Positions 38,585 to 53,079 of a DNA stretch of 64,000 nt are shown one piece after another. Location of the stretch: assembly GCF_009914755.1 (NCBI RefSeq), contig NC_060931.1; one strand, given 5' to 3'. Every line of letters begins with the position of its first letter. The first letter of the stretch is position 1. The DNA is from the human T2T-CHM13v2.0 reference genome, Homo sapiens. The notes under the pieces were generated by a model. It was not told the origin of the DNA, made no database searches, and saw nothing but the letters and a program-made list of their open reading frames with translations. A program made the translations under genes and the position numbers.

Positions 38585-39018
38585 GTATCGTGTGAACACT
38601 CTCTAGGCCCTCTGGGATTTCCTTCAAAATAACGGGACAGGGAATGGGGCGTGAGGCAGAAATGACACAGACTTGGTGTCTTGATAATGGTTTCAGCTGA
38701 ATGTGAGTAAATCGAGTACGTTACTCTATTCGGTCTTCTTTCATGTTTTTAAATTTTCATAATGTAAAGTTTAGGAGAAAAGCAATATAGAGACATTTTT
38801 ATCCCGGGGACTTAAGGGCCATTTCCACAGTGCAGCATCTTCATTCTGTGTTTACCAGCCCAGGTCTCTAAACCTGTTAACCCTACCTCATCTGTTAAGG
38901 CCTCTTTCGAGTATCCGAGGACATCTGCCGTGCCCGACTTTTAGAGTGAATTTTCTAAAACTCGAAGCTAATTTACAGCACTCCCTTAGATAAAGTCCAA
39001 CATTGAATTAAAGATAAA

Positions 39019-39260
39019 GGCTGAGGCGGGGCAGATCATTTGAGGTCAGGTGTTTGAGACCAGCCTGGCTAACGTGGTGAAACCCCGTCATTACTAAAAA
39101 TACAAAAAACAGCCGGGCGTGGTGGCAGGCGCCTGTAATCCCAGCTACTTGGGAAGCTGAGGCTTGAACCAGGGAGGCAGAGGTTGCACTGAGCCGAGAT
39201 CGCGCTACTGCACTCTAGCCTGGGCGAGAGAGCCAGACTCTGTTTCAAAGAAAAAAAAAA
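39019..39260 (+). mobile_element. Alu, 5'-truncated (intron 1)
   Basis: Alu arms plus A tail. Confidence 0.9.
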
Positions 39261-39573
39261 GTTCAGAATCTAGGACGTAGCAATCAAGGCATTCATGGGC
39301 TGTCATCTTGCATATTTTATCTCAGCGTTCCTTTGCATGTAGCTCATGGTTGGAGGCAGCTGTGTGGAATTGCCTGCATTTCCTTCTCCCCACATCGCAC
39401 TAGTTCTATGTATGTAAATATTCAGCTTCTATGTATACAAATATTCTTTATTGAACCAGGTTTAAACTACCTAGCAGTGAGGATCGTGCCTTGCAAATGT
39501 TTGTGTCCTTAATGATTTGCAAACACCACCACCCCCCTTGATAATTTAGGAAATAGCAGTGAGTTGGTTTTGA

Positions 39574-39866
39574 TTTTTTTTTTTTGAGACTGAGTCTTGC
39601 ACTGTCGTCTAGGCTGGAGTAGAGTGGTGCAGTCTCCGCCCACTGCAAGCTCCGCCTCCCAGGTTCATGCCATTCTCCTGCCTCATCTCCCAAGTAGCTG
39701 GGACTACAGGCGCCCACCACCATGCCCGGCTAATTTTTTGTATTTTCAGTAGAGATGGGGTTTCACTGTGTTAGCCAGGATGGTCTTGATCTCCTGACCT
39801 CGTGATCCGCCCGCCTCAGCGTCCCAAAGTGCTGGGATTACCGACATGAGCCACCGTGCCCGGCCG
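39574..39866 (-). mobile_element. AluY-like (intron 1)
   Basis: TSD ggttttgattttt. Confidence 0.95.
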
Positions 39867-40333
39867 GTTTTGATTTTTATCATATAAACTTAGATATTAC
39901 TTTTAAACAAGTTTGAAATTGTTTTTAGGACACTTTCCCTCCAAAATTAGCGGTTTGTTTAATTTAGGTTCTTGTATGCTACTGTGCCTGCAGTAAGTTA
40001 AGGCCGAGCAAAAGCGCAGTAGATAGGGCTCTGTTGGAGTTGAGCAGATACCAGAGGTGCACAGCTGGGTCTGAAGAGCTACACAGGGGAAAACGAGATG
40101 GTGAAATGTATTATTAATAGCATTAATGGGAATAGTGACAGGCACAGCCTGGTGAGTGGAATGTTTACCCATATACTAAGCACTCAATAAATCTGATGTA
40201 TTTAAGCAGCAATGATCAGTAGCAGCTTCCACCAGTTCTTGGAAGTTTAATATTTAAATACACATATGGCAAAGAAAAAACACAGGATTTGGTCAGTGTA
40301 AATTTTTTGTAATTTATTTCTCTTTTCAAGCAG

Positions 40334-40458
40334 AGTCTTTGTGGAAGTGGTGAAAAGTACATCCCACCTCATGTGAGGCAAGCTGAGGAGACAGTGGACT
40401 TCAAGAAAAAGGAAGAACTAGAAAGGCTGAAGAAACATGTAAAAGGTCTACTTAACAG
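40334..40458 (+). CDS. NOM1: NOM1 exon 2 (SLCGSGEKYIPPHVR...KGLLNR)
   Basis: Acceptor ttttcaagcag; donor AG/gtgacc; phase 2. Confidence 0.95.
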
Positions 40459-40973
40459 GTGACCTTGTAGTGTTGTTACACTGTGTCACTTAGAGAGGTT
40501 GTCTGTTTCCTAAAATGTAGGAATTATCCCAGCAATTCAAATAGAAGTGATGGGGACAGTCGATTGGATCCTTTCTGTTCTTGGCTTGATGCACCGAGAC
40601 CCATGAGACCCATACCTCGAGAAGGAGAGGATACCCGACTGTTGGCTACTTTGAATCCCTTTAGGGTTTGAGAGCAGCCCAAATGCTCACATTGTTATTC
40701 TGAGAAGCAGGAAGGAAAGGGGCAGAGGTTCTTTGTCCGTCTAAGGACAGTGTTGGAAGGACTGGCTTATGTCCCCTCTCTGCAGAAACACATTCACCTG
40801 GTCTTCCATCCCCCTTACTCATTGCTCATGTCTGCATTTTGTTGTTACCCACTTTAAGAACAGAACATTTAAAAAACTGATTGGAAACCATACAGGTGGG
40901 GCTTTGTCAGTTACACGTGCCCATCAGCTCTTTGGTTTTGAGGATGTGTGTGTGCATGTGATTCTGTGTAGGT

Positions 40974-41285
40974 TTTTTTGTTTTGTTTTGTTTTGTTTTG
41001 AGATGGAGTTTTTGCTCTTGCTGCACTGGCTGGAGTGCAATGGCGCTATCTCGGCTCACTGCAACCTCTGCCTCCACCTCCCAGGTTCAAGCAGTTCTCC
41101 TGCCTCAGCCTCCTGAGTAGCTGGGATTACAGGCATGCGCCACCACGCCAACTAGTTTTGTATTTTTAGTAGAGACGGGATTTCTCCATGTAGGTCAGGC
41201 TGGTCTCAAACTCCCGACCTCAGGTGATCCGCCCACCTCAGCCTCCCAAAGTGCTGGGATTACAGGCATGAGTCACCGCACCGGG
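40974..41285 (-). mobile_element. Alu (AluSp-like, intron 2)
   Basis: Dimer; TSD ttctgt. Confidence 0.93.
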
Positions 41286-41962
41286 GCAGTTCTGTAGTTT
41301 TATCACATGAAGATTCGAGTCACCACCGCTGCAATTGAGATAAAACTCACCACCATCTCTCCCCTGCTGCCCCTCCATGGCCTCACCCACCCCCTTCCCC
41401 CTTGTATTGCTTTTTGTTTCCTGTTATCCTGGGAATTTATATAAACCTCTGTTTCAGTGTCGAGTTCAGTATTAGCACAGGTTCACAGTGAGTAACCTTC
41501 CACGTACATATGTGTGTAGTGTCCCCACTACCCGTTCAAACAGAGCAGCCTTTTCTAGTGTTAGGAACTAAGGATTTTTGTGCCACCTAAGAAATAAAAC
41601 GTTAGCATTTTTTCTAACAACACGTCCTAAGGCTGGACCCTGCCTATGGGATATCAGGTCAGAATATTCAGGGGAGTATCCTCACGTATGTTTCTGTAGA
41701 CTTAATCCAGGGTATGCCTCAGTGTGGCCACATTTCATCTTGTAAAGACAGCAATTACATTGTTTTGGGATTCCAGAATATTATCTGGTTATGAATAATA
41801 TATGCTGGGTTATTGGGGCAAGATAAGAATAGTTAAGGGGTCAAAAGTGTACATAAAAATAGAATATATTGTTGGTATGGATAACTCTTTAATTTTTTAA
41901 AATTGAACTGAAAATTCCTAATTGGAAACATTGTTGCTCTCTGTCTTTACAATTCTCTGCAG

Positions 41963-42158
41963 GTTGAGTGAACCCAACATGGCTTCCATCAGTGGGCAGC
42001 TGGAGGAACTGTACATGGCCCACAGCAGAAAGGACATGAATGACACCCTGACCTCCGCTCTCATGGGTGCCTGCGTCACTGCCTCGGCCATGCCCAGCAG
42101 ACTGATGATGGAGCATGTTCTCTTAGTCAGCATCCTTCACCACACAGTTGGAATCGAG
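41963..42158 (+). CDS. NOM1: NOM1 exon 3 (LSEPNMASISG...VGIE), MIF4G
   Basis: Acceptor ctctgcag; donor GAG/gtacag. Confidence 0.96.
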
Positions 42159-42372
42159 GTACAGTTGTACCTTTTCTCCAGGCTGTCACTAGTGTCTCAT
42201 GGTGATTATTTTAATGATAGGCTTGATAAGTGCGTAATTGTGTGCTGTGGGTGGTTCTTGTGTCGATTCCTTTTTGTTGTGAATAAATACTCTATTGTCT
42301 ATGTCATGTAGTTGTAAAGAGCATTCAGGAAGTACTTGATTACTTGATTTTGCTTTTTTGTTCTGTCCATTC

Positions 42373-42654
42373 TTTTTTTTTTTTTTTTTTGAGACAGGTC
42401 TTGCTCTGTCGTCTAGGCTGGAGTGCAGTGGCACGATCACAGCTGCAGACTCGAGTGATCCTCCCACCTCATCCTCCAGAGTAGCTGGAACTGCAGGCGC
42501 ACACCACCAGGCCTGGCTAATTGTTTTGGTGGGAGCAGAAGTGGAGTCTCACTCTGTTGCCCAGGCTGGTGTCAAATTCCTGGGCTCCAGTGATCCTCCT
42601 GCCTTGGCGTCCCAATGTGTTGGGATTACAGGCGGGAGCTGCCATGCCCAGCCC
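42373..42654 (-). mobile_element. AluJ (intron 3)
   Basis: TSD tgttctgtcca. Confidence 0.9.
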
Positions 42655-43757
42655 TGTTCTGTCCAGCCTAGCATGTCTTTTATGTTAGTTAATTTTCTTC
42701 TCGACTGACATCTCAGACGTGCCTTCATTTCCTTTGCACTTCTCCCTTAACACTGATTTATTTCAGATGTTTGGAAGATAATGGTTGGTGTGGTCTCACT
42801 ACTGAGGTGTTGGTATTGATGGGAGATGTGAGAGCACTGGGGCATGGAGCTGCCTGGACATGTTCAGGGAGACCTGGTGCCCTTTCTGTGTCATGGCCCT
42901 TTCTCATCAGTGAAGTGGGCTTTTGTTGGGATTGAACTGAACAGTGTACAGAAAGCATCTGGCACCCGACAGGTGCTAAGTAAATGTCCACCCCACCCCC
43001 ACATCCCTTTCGTATTCTTCTTGCTCCACAACCCTTGTGGTTAAAGTGAGAGAGGCTCTTTGGTGATGGCCCTGGTTCCACAGTCACTGCCCTCTTCTGG
43101 GCCTGTTCTCTCTTAATTGAATACAGGAAAGTCATAACACTCCCAGTCAGTATCCCAGTTCCCCCAAGGTAGCTGATTTCAGATGTGTTGAAGGAAATCC
43201 GTCCAACTAAAGGAGATTGTTGTGAGGTTGGTGAACGAATGGAGGGTTGGGTCAGTGAGGCTTAGTTTTCCCGTGATACAGTATTTACATGCAAATGCAG
43301 TGTTTAACCCATTTGGATCTTTAAATGATACAGTCTCTTTTAATGGTGGTTCTCTTAGTTTTTTGCCTTCTGACAGCTCTACTCCAAAAAATAGGCCACA
43401 GCAGCACAGCATCCCTAAAAGTCTAATTCCCTGGTGTACGTTTATATACTTTCGTCTCCTCCTCACCTTTAATCCTAAAGTGTCCCGGTGAGATCAGGGC
43501 AGACCTTTACTGAAGCCTGCTTTGCAGTGCAGCAGGCAAAGCCGCTGAAGCGCTATGTGAAATTCCCAAGATCACGTCTTGTTAAAAGTACACAGAACTT
43601 GTTTTCTGGGCTCCTAGGCAAGCATGCTTTCTACTGCAATGCTAGTCACATTCATTTCATTTTTATATTACTTTCTCTCAATTATAATCTTAACAGTTAT
43701 TTAGAGTCTTACCGAGTGGGGCTCTCCAAAGCTTGCTTTAAGATGCACATATTTGCC

Positions 43758-44238
<481 letters not shown>

Positions 44239-45343
44239 TTAGTTCATGTAATAGGCATAGGAAAGAGCTGGCCCACAATAAGCGCTCATTGAAGGCTCAT
44301 TATTTATGTACAGAAGGAGATTTTCGTGTTTTAATTCTGTTCTTCCTCTGGCTGGCTTTTCCTACCACTGCTGATTTCTTTGTTGTTGCTAGATAATGTT
44401 CTGATCCACATTTTTCCATGTCTAGCAGTAGTTGCATGATGGCAGCTTTTTGAAAGGCCTGTGGGGCATTAGGAAGCTGAGGGCTGGAGAGAGGGGCACA
44501 GGCCTGAGCATCTGAGTGCGGGACTCTTCTGAGCTACATGGGTCATCTCAGATATGAAAATCTGCACCAGCTGCTTTGGGAACCCTCTTGTTATTTTTTA
44601 TTTCTAAGAGCTGTCCTCATTTTCATGTATGAGCATGTGGGAGTCTGTTTTCTTGTCATTACAAAGTGATGGAATCACTGGGTGCCATTCCTGGGCCCTG
44701 TGATTACCATAATCAGGGCCATTCTGTGACTTTCTTGGTACCTCCCTGTCCTCCTAGAGGACACTGGTATGCTTCAGCTGACTTAATCATCAGAATGATC
44801 TTAGTATAGGCAGTATCTCAGTGAGTTACAGGAAAAGCCACAGACCGTGACCACCCACAGCACATCAGGAATTTACTTGATTGGAAAACATGAGATTATT
44901 GGGCCTACTTTCATTTAAACCTTTGCTAATTGCATGAAGGACAATGAAATGACTTGTTCCGAAGGGAAGTCATTACAGTACTTTAGTTAATGACATCCAC
45001 AGAAACTTCTGCCAGCGTGTGATGAGCTTTCAGGGTGCTGGCTCCATTCAGCTGCTTTCAGTCCTGTACCGAGAAAAACATTCTGTGTTAAAGACGATGG
45101 TGTCAGCTGCTGAATTGCTTCTGTAAGTCCTTTAAAACTCAAAAACCCAATCTATGTAGATTCATGTTAAAATTTCCACATCAGAGTTAACGTACAGGAT
45201 GTGCTTGAATAACTTTACCAACGTGAATTTTACTTATATTCTTAAATGTTATGCTGTTATATTTTATTTTGAAGACATTAAATGGAACTTCAGATTTAGA
45301 ATTTTGAGAAATTTTGATGTAATATACATAATTGAAAACATAC

Positions 45344-45652
45344 AGCCGGGTGTGGTGGCTCACGCCTGTAATCCTAGCACTTTGGGAGGCCAAGGCGGGT
45401 GGATCATGAGGTCAGGAGATTGAGACCATCCTGGCTAACATGGTGAAACCCCGTTTCTACTAAAAATACAAAAAATTAGCCAGGCATGGTGGCAGGCGCC
45501 TATAGTCCCTGCTACTCGGGAGGCTGAGGCAGGAGGATGGCGTGAACCCAGCAGGCGGAGCTTGCAGTGAGCCGAGATCGCACCACTCCAGCCTGGGCGA
45601 CAGAGCGAGACTCCGTCTCAAAAAAAAAAAAGAAAAAGAAAAAGAAAAAGAA
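45344..45652 (+). mobile_element. AluY-like (intron 3)
   Basis: Dimer with (GAAAAA)n tail. Confidence 0.95.
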
Positions 45653-46929
45653 AATATACATGAATATGTTTTATGCCTAAATTTTTATTGACGTCTGCAG
45701 AATTCTAATTTACTTTTAAAAATTATATTTGACTATAACATGGTTGCCATAATAGAATGTGTCTTCCAGTTTATCTTCATTGAAGGGGCTTGAATGGAAA
45801 CTACAGGTTGGCTTGGTTAAGTCTCAGGTCTTTACAAACTGAAATGTATATCCAGTCCATCAGAGCTGGCCTCCAGGAAGTCACTGTGGCCTCCCGCCAG
45901 TCTGTTGCCTTTCTCTGGATTCTTCTAGCGTTGATTTCTTTGCAGTCCAGCAATGATGTCTGTGTACTTCCCCATACACTCAAGACTGTCTAGTGGATCT
46001 CAGCCTTGCCTGCGATTTTCACTGACACCCTTAGATCTCCATCCAGTCCTGTCTGGATGGCCCCTGTTGAAGCTTAATAACCCCTGAGCTGGTTTTGTCC
46101 AGCCCCACTAGCTTGCTGCCCCTCACGTAGTTCCTGGTTACCCAGACCAGAAACCTGGGAGTCACAGATCCTTCAGCTTTTACAGCCGGTGTCACACACT
46201 GCCATGCGTTGCTGTGTTACCCAGGCCCTTCATCCCTGGTCCAGCGCAGCTGCGTTATTTAGGCCATCGTCTCCTGGCTGGGCTGTGGGGGTCACTCTTT
46301 GTCACCACCATGTCCCTGCTTCCGCCTTCTCCCTCCAGTCCCAGCTTAAGTTGAGATTTGACGGAAAATGATGACACGATAGTGTTGCCAGCAAGACTGA
46401 AAACGACTGTTTTCTGCCTTCAAGTTTTATTATCTCTCTTTTACACAGTGAAAAAACAGGGTTCCAGGAACTTGCTGAAGACCACACAGACCCACATGCA
46501 GGTCTTCTCATCCATCAGTCCACAGCTACGGAATTCGGGATAAAATGTACCAGAACAGCACAAGGAGAACACTTAGGCCTTGCTTAGCTCCACCAGGCCC
46601 GGCAGTTCCTGGCCCCACTTCCGCCCCTCAGGGCAGTGTCTGGTTTACCTGCTGGTCCCCATCAGGGCCCAGTGCCCCTCAAACCACTGGCTGAGCCAAG
46701 TGAGTGTATTCACAAGCTACCTTAGTGCCAGAGACTCAGCCCTGGGAAAGTAGGGCGTCTCCTCCGTGCCACCTGGAGCCCTTCCAGAGATTATTAAGTA
46801 CCTGTCTATTTGGCAACCTCTGATATTCAGAATGTGTTGCGTTTATCTGTTTTAGAAATCACTCGTATTGCTTCCTTGTAAGAAATGAATTTGGGGTAAA
46901 AATCTGCAAAAAAATCTTTTAAGAAATGA

Positions 46930-47385
<456 letters not shown>

Positions 47386-47693
47386 GTAGTGGAATATTTT
47401 GAGAGACATAGGTGTGTTTTTAACATCATTTTTAACAGTTTTATTTTTCCAAGGAGTCAGAATGGCTGCTGGCCAAACAATGCCCCTTGGTTGTTGATTT
47501 TAACAAGAGGAAGGTGCCCTTGCGTCCAGGCTGGGGCACTCTGGCCGGCTGCTCTGGGTTGCCGAGGGATGCCTTGTTGGAATGCCCTGCCTTGTGGCAC
47601 TTTGTTAATTTAGAAAGTGCCAGTTCTGTGTGTTGAAGGAGAAAGGAAGGTTTCTAGGAATAACATAATCTTTTTTCTGTGTGGTTCTTTCAG

Positions 47694-48017
47694 GTCGGTG
47701 CCCACTTTCTGGAGGCAGTGGTGAGGAAGTTCGATGCCATCTATAAATACGGAAGCGAAGGGAAAGAGTGTGACAACCTGTTCACCGTCATTGCCCATTT
47801 ATACAACTTCCACGTGGTACAGTCTCTCCTCATCTTCGACATTTTGAAAAAACTGATTGGAACTTTCACCGAAAAAGATATTGAACTGATCTTGTTAATG
47901 CTGAAAAACGTGGGTTTTTCATTGAGGAAAGATGATGCTTTATCACTTAAGGAATTGATCACTGAAGCCCAGACCAAAGCCAGCGGGGCAGGCAGCGAGT
48001 TTCAGGACCAGACCAGG
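47694..48017 (+). CDS. NOM1: NOM1 exon 4 (VGAHFLE...DQTR), MIF4G
   Basis: Acceptor tctttcag; donor AGG/gtacgc. Confidence 0.96.
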
Positions 48018-48229
48018 GTACGCGTGCGACGCTTGATCTGCTTCCTAAGTCCCTAAAGCTCACAAACTGGCCAGAACCTAAAAATCAGTATCTGGGGTAA
48101 ATATTACACTTGCTTTCCTAGTGATTTCTGTTTTTTCTGTCTCATCCTGTTTTCTGGCTTTAATATGTGAATGGACCTTATTCCTTTACCAGAAAAATAT
48201 TTTGTGAATTTAAAAACTGATTTATTTAA

Positions 48230-49610
48230 CATTCATCCGTTAAAAAATGCTTACCGAGGAGGCCACAGGACATGGGGCTCTAGGGTCAGCCTGGGTTGGA
48301 CTTTGGGCTCTGCCACTTGACAGCAGCATAACCTGGGTCTTCTGAGCCTCAGTTTCCCCCTCTGTAAAACAGGGACTGATCACAGCTCCCACATTGTGTG
48401 CCGTTCAGATGATGAGATGTGTGGAACCGCGTGTTCCTGGGAAGCCGTTTGGGGAAGAACCCGAAAAGGGTTAGTTTGAGAGCCTGGAGGGGGCGTCACA
48501 AGAGAAAAAGGCAGAGTTCAGGTCTCTGGCCCCTTGTTAATTACTGCAGGGAATTGAGGGTTTTATCCTAGAGGCATCTGAAGGGTTCCAGCAGGTGAAT
48601 GACAGGTTGGAGTTTTCCTTCTGATGGTCACTTTGACTCCAAGGCAGAAAGAGGCATGAGGTGGTCGAAGTCAGGAGGAGTTTTGCAGGAGCTGGGGAGT
48701 AGGTGGTGGCAAATGTTGGGATCGTGGCAGTGGGTGTGGACATGGGCGTCAGAAGTGACCAGACCTCATGTGGATTGGGATGAAGGGAAGGAGGGCTCAG
48801 GGTCACCCATCAGGGGCACAGGGGACCGTGCAGGAGGAGATGAGGATTTAGGACAGGCACCTCCATTTTTGAAAGACTGGGTTAGCTGTGAACAGAGTGG
48901 GCTGAAGGGATATGGGGCTGCTCTCGTAGAGGGGGTCCTGGGAGCCATGGAAATGGGTGGACTTGCCTGGCAGCAGGTGGGCTGTGAAGAGGACCTTCAG
49001 GTTAAGGAGCACTGACGTCTAGCTGCAGGCAGGAGGGAGAGCTGGCAGGTGAGAAGGAAATGAGGATGGTCCCAGGAGCCAGGGAACACTAGTGTCCCCA
49101 GGAAGAATTCACGCCCGTGTGGGATGCTGAGGACCAGCAAGAGGAGGAAGGGATTTGCATTTTGGGCTGAATTGTGACGGCGGTCCTGACTGGCTTATCC
49201 TGGTCCCCGGAGAAGCCAGTCTGAAGAGGAGGGGGCTGGAGAAGGGAATGGGAGCAGCGGGCTCAATGGTGGTTTCAAATGGAGAAGAGACAGAAAGTAC
49301 ATTAGTGGGCTGGGGAGCTGGCTGGGGAGTTGGGGAAATGGGGAATGGTTGTTAATGGGCTTGGAGTTTCTCTTCTGGGGTGATGAGAAAGTTCTGAAAT
49401 TGATTGTGGTGATAGTTGCACAACTCTGAATGTATTAAAAGCCACATAATTATATACCTTACATGAGTGAGTTTTATGCTATGTGAATTCTGTATCAATA
49501 AGAAGTTGACATTTGGGGACATCTCAGAGGGTATGTGGGAATTCTTTGTGCTGTTCTTGCAACTTTTCTGTATGACATTACTTCCAGTTTTAAAGTTAAA
49601 AAAATTACAA
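48230..49610. mobile_element. MIR, L2 and L1M fragments in intron 4
   Basis: ctgagcctcagtttccccctctgtaaaacaggg (MIR); ggggtgatgagaaagttctgaaattgattgtggtgatagttgcacaactctg (L1MB 3'). Confidence 0.7.
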
Positions 49611-49993
49611 GGCCAGTGGTAGGAGAGAGGATGTCCAGAGCAGGTCGCGGGGGGCCAGGGTGGGGGCAGGAGCGTAGTAGAGGCCGGGGTGGCCGAGTAG
49701 GTGTGGACGGTGCGGAAGGGTGAGGCGTGTGGCGAGCAGAAGGGAAAAGAGATCTCTGGGGAGTTTGGGTTCCCACTTGACGTTGGGGGACACATTTCCA
49801 TTTTGAAGTATTATGTAGCCCTGAGTAAGCGGCTGAGACTAGTTTAGACTGTCTCTACCTAAAGGCTGTCCTGACTTTGTATCGTGGCGGTGGCGGCCAT
49901 GTGCATCAGGTGTGGTAGATTTCTTGCCAACTTGAATGGGCCGTTTAGACTGTTTGAAATGATGGACTTTCCATTTTTTCATTTTTCTTGAAG

Positions 49994-50104
49994 ATTCGGT
50001 TTATGCTAGAGACGATGTTGGCCCTGAAGAACAATGACATGCGCAAAATTCCAGGCTATGACCCCGAGCCCGTGGAGAAGCTGAGGAAACTGCAGAGAGC
50101 TTTG
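49994..50104 (+). CDS. NOM1: NOM1 exon 5 (IRFMLETMLALKNN...QRAL)
   Basis: Acceptor ttcttgaag; donor TTG/gtgagt. Confidence 0.96.
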
Positions 50105-50850
50105 GTGAGTCAAGGAACTTTCAATTCTGTTTTGCTCAGAGCTTCCGTGTCGGCATGAGCCTGTCATGAAAATCAAGAAATAGTCAGACCTGCACGTCAG
50201 GGTGGTGTCTGGTGAGTGAGAGTGCTCAGAGGCAGAGTGAACGCGGCTCGGTTTTCCTCAGGGGCTGTCCCAGTGGTCTGGGCGTGCTCGTGCAGAATGT
50301 CCGTGTGTGGGGAAGCCCATGTTGGGCGAGCGTCCTCTTTGCCTCACCCCGGGTGCTAAACTTGGGCTGCACCATTGGATCATCCGATGCTTTCAGAGAA
50401 GGCCAAGTCCCCATCCGGACCAAGGAAATTGGGATGACGTAGGTCCTTTGACTCTCTCTGACATGCAGCCAGGATGGAGACTGGGGCAGCCTCCCTGTCG
50501 GAGTGAGTCTTTCAGCCCCTGTCATCTCAAGTCCAAATCATTGCTGACCCAGGCTCTTCCAGGCATGTGCTCACCTGCCACTGAGCCTGAGGCAGCTCTG
50601 TTACTCTCTCCTGTTGGGACAGCTTTCCAAACACAGCGTGTTTGGGGTGATGGACTCTCAAACACAAAACACTGAGTTTACCGCTAGTTTTGGCATTTTT
50701 CCAAACAGGCTAACCGTCCCAATTGCCAGTGACCCATTCCAGTATTCATGCACCAGAAATGTCATGGTCAAAAACAAAAAGCCACCGGTGATGGAAGGAC
50801 GGAATATGAACCAATTAAAAGCATTTCATTAGCTCTTCTCTCTTCATCAG

Positions 50851-51018
50851 GTCCGCAACGCCGGCTCAGGTTCTGAGACGCAGCTTCGCGTCTCCTGGGA
50901 CAGTGTCTTGAGTGCGGAGCAGACGGGTCGCTGGTGGATTGTGGGGTCCGCCTGGAGTGGGGCCCCGATGATCGACAACAGTCACCATACGCACCTGCAG
51001 AAGCAGCTTGTGGGGACG
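50851..51018 (+). CDS. NOM1: NOM1 exon 6 (VRNAGS...GRWWIVGSAW...LVGT)
   Basis: Acceptor ttcatcag; donor ACG/gtaggg. Confidence 0.95.
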
Positions 51019-51747
51019 GTAGGGACACCCATGCTCAAGGCTGCCAGGCAGAGGCACCCCCCTGTGTGGTGTGTGGTCCTGGCTTTACCTGGAGCAGCTC
51101 TCTTACTGTTCTTGAATGGTCACTGAAATGTACAAGGTTTATCTGGAGGCCTTACAGAAATTGCTATTAATATTACATTGTGATATAATTATTCCATTTC
51201 TGTTGTATCTTTTTATTGGACTTTAAAAGATCTAAAAGTTGAATGGCACGGGGCAGGGGAGCGCATGAGGACCTGAACGCTCACGGGGCAGGAGTCCGTT
51301 GCTGAGACCCCTCAGGCTGCCCCCCGGGCTGTGCATTCTAGGCTACAGGCTATGGATTTCACATTGTGGAAATTCAAGCCCATTTTTCATCCAGACTTCC
51401 CTCGTTATCCCCTCATGTCCTTCCCTGTCCCAGATTCTGTGTCACTCATGGTCACGGTTTCCCAGGCTCTGCCAGTGACTGGTTCTCTGTTTTATTCATC
51501 GTCGCTTGCCCTGAGGTTGAACCACGACTGAGAAGCCTCCCACATGAGTGTTTTCTCCCCCAGCGGCTGTGGCTTCACTATGTGTTCCCCTTGCACAGAG
51601 GGGCGTTGCCCGAGAGTGGACTTGGTGCCATCCGCCCACGTAGACCTCACAGTTCTATTCAGTGACACTGAAGTACAGTTTGGCACCTCTCGGGAGGCAG
51701 TTTGCATGGAGACATGCGTATGACTTGTCCATTCATCGTGCTTCCAG

Positions 51748-51869
51748 GTCAGTTCAAAGATCCTAGAACTCGCCCGGAAGCAGAGGATGAACACAGACAT
51801 CCGGAGAAACATATTCTGCACAATAATGACAAGTGAAGATTTTTTGGATGCTTTTGAAAAGCTTCTGAA
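51748..51869 (+). CDS. NOM1: NOM1 exon 7 (VSSKILELARKQRMNTDIRR...EKLLK), MA3
   Basis: Acceptor cttccag; donor AA/gtaagc; phase 2. Confidence 0.96.
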
Positions 51870-53079
51870 GTAAGCATTTGTGTGCACATTTTGACCTATT
51901 AATGAGATGCTGTAAAATAAGTAAGTTGATTTGCTTTTTGAGTTTTGGACGACTGAGTCTGATGCTGCCTAGGGAGGACTGGGCTGTTCTCATGACCATC
52001 CGCTCACGCTGTTGGATTCGTGCATCTCTGGGTTAGTCGTCATGTTCCTATTAATTTGCCTCTAGTAGTTCCTCATTAGAACATTTTATGATATATAAAG
52101 ATTGGGGGTTTGGGGTTTTTTTTTTTGAGACAGGGTCTTGCCATGTTGCTCAGGCTGGAGACTGGGGAGTTTTGACTGAAAGTATCTGATGACCTTGTCA
52201 GTGGCTGTTGGTTGTCACGAATTGCTTAAAAATACATAAATCTTCATAATAAAGCTATTCTGATTCTTCATTTAAAACATCCTGGTATAGTTTCTATAAT
52301 TAGTTGTAATAAGATTTTAAAGATCCTGTAATCCCAGCTACTTAGAAGGCTGAGACAGGAGGATCACTTTAGCCCAGTAGTTCAAGACCAGCCTGGGCAA
52401 CATACTGAGACCCCCATCTCATTTAAAAAGAAAAAAAAAATCTTTAAATGTACCTGTGTAGTTTTATGAGGTACTTCTAAACAATGTAATGTTAATACAT
52501 ATTCTTTTATTTGCTTCAAACTAGGATGAAATACAGGGAGAACATGGTTCCTTTTAGGATTCTGATAATTAGGGTTTTATTTTCTAAACTAGAGTTTCTA
52601 GCTGGAGTGGAAGTCCTGAGTTCCCTTTGCCTCTCTGTGGCCTTGCCGTTTTGCCGAAAACATCCCATCTCCCTAGTCACCCTTGGTCTCTAAAAGGGCT
52701 CTTTTGAGGAGAACTCTTATTCTCTAGTCAGCGGGTCTAGCTTATCCTTTGTACTCGAAGGACTTCGCTTATTTTTCCTCTGGTTGACTTCATGTGTTGA
52801 AAATTTTGGCCTATCAAACTACGTGTATTAAACAATAGTTTTTCCCATTCTTATTCCTCAAAATCATGAGTTATGAGTCTAAGCTTTTAATCAACATGAA
52901 TTGATAATCAATGCAGCTGAAACTCAGTTGGTTCTTTGGGCCGCCTTCGCCGCCTGCGCTGCCTTCACCTGAGTGCTCTACGTGGGGCTGTGCTGTTTGC
53001 AGTGGAGCTGGTGCTCCTCTCCTGAGGTACAGAGTGTCTGCCTCTGTGCAGAGGTGGCAGCCTCAGCCGTATTCGGATC

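Noticed and set aside
44948-44974. Hairpin AATGACTT...AAGTCATT
   Set aside because: An 8-bp inverted repeat is expected by chance in 64 kb
45019-45113. Possible intronic C/D snoRNA (GTGATGA...CTGA)
   Set aside because: Only a weak 4-bp terminal stem, no clear D' box or recognisable guide, and far from the 3' splice site
51019-51126. Exon 6 read-through giving a hydrophobic C-terminal tail
   Set aside because: No nearby canonical poly(A) signal; intron retention would probably trigger NMD
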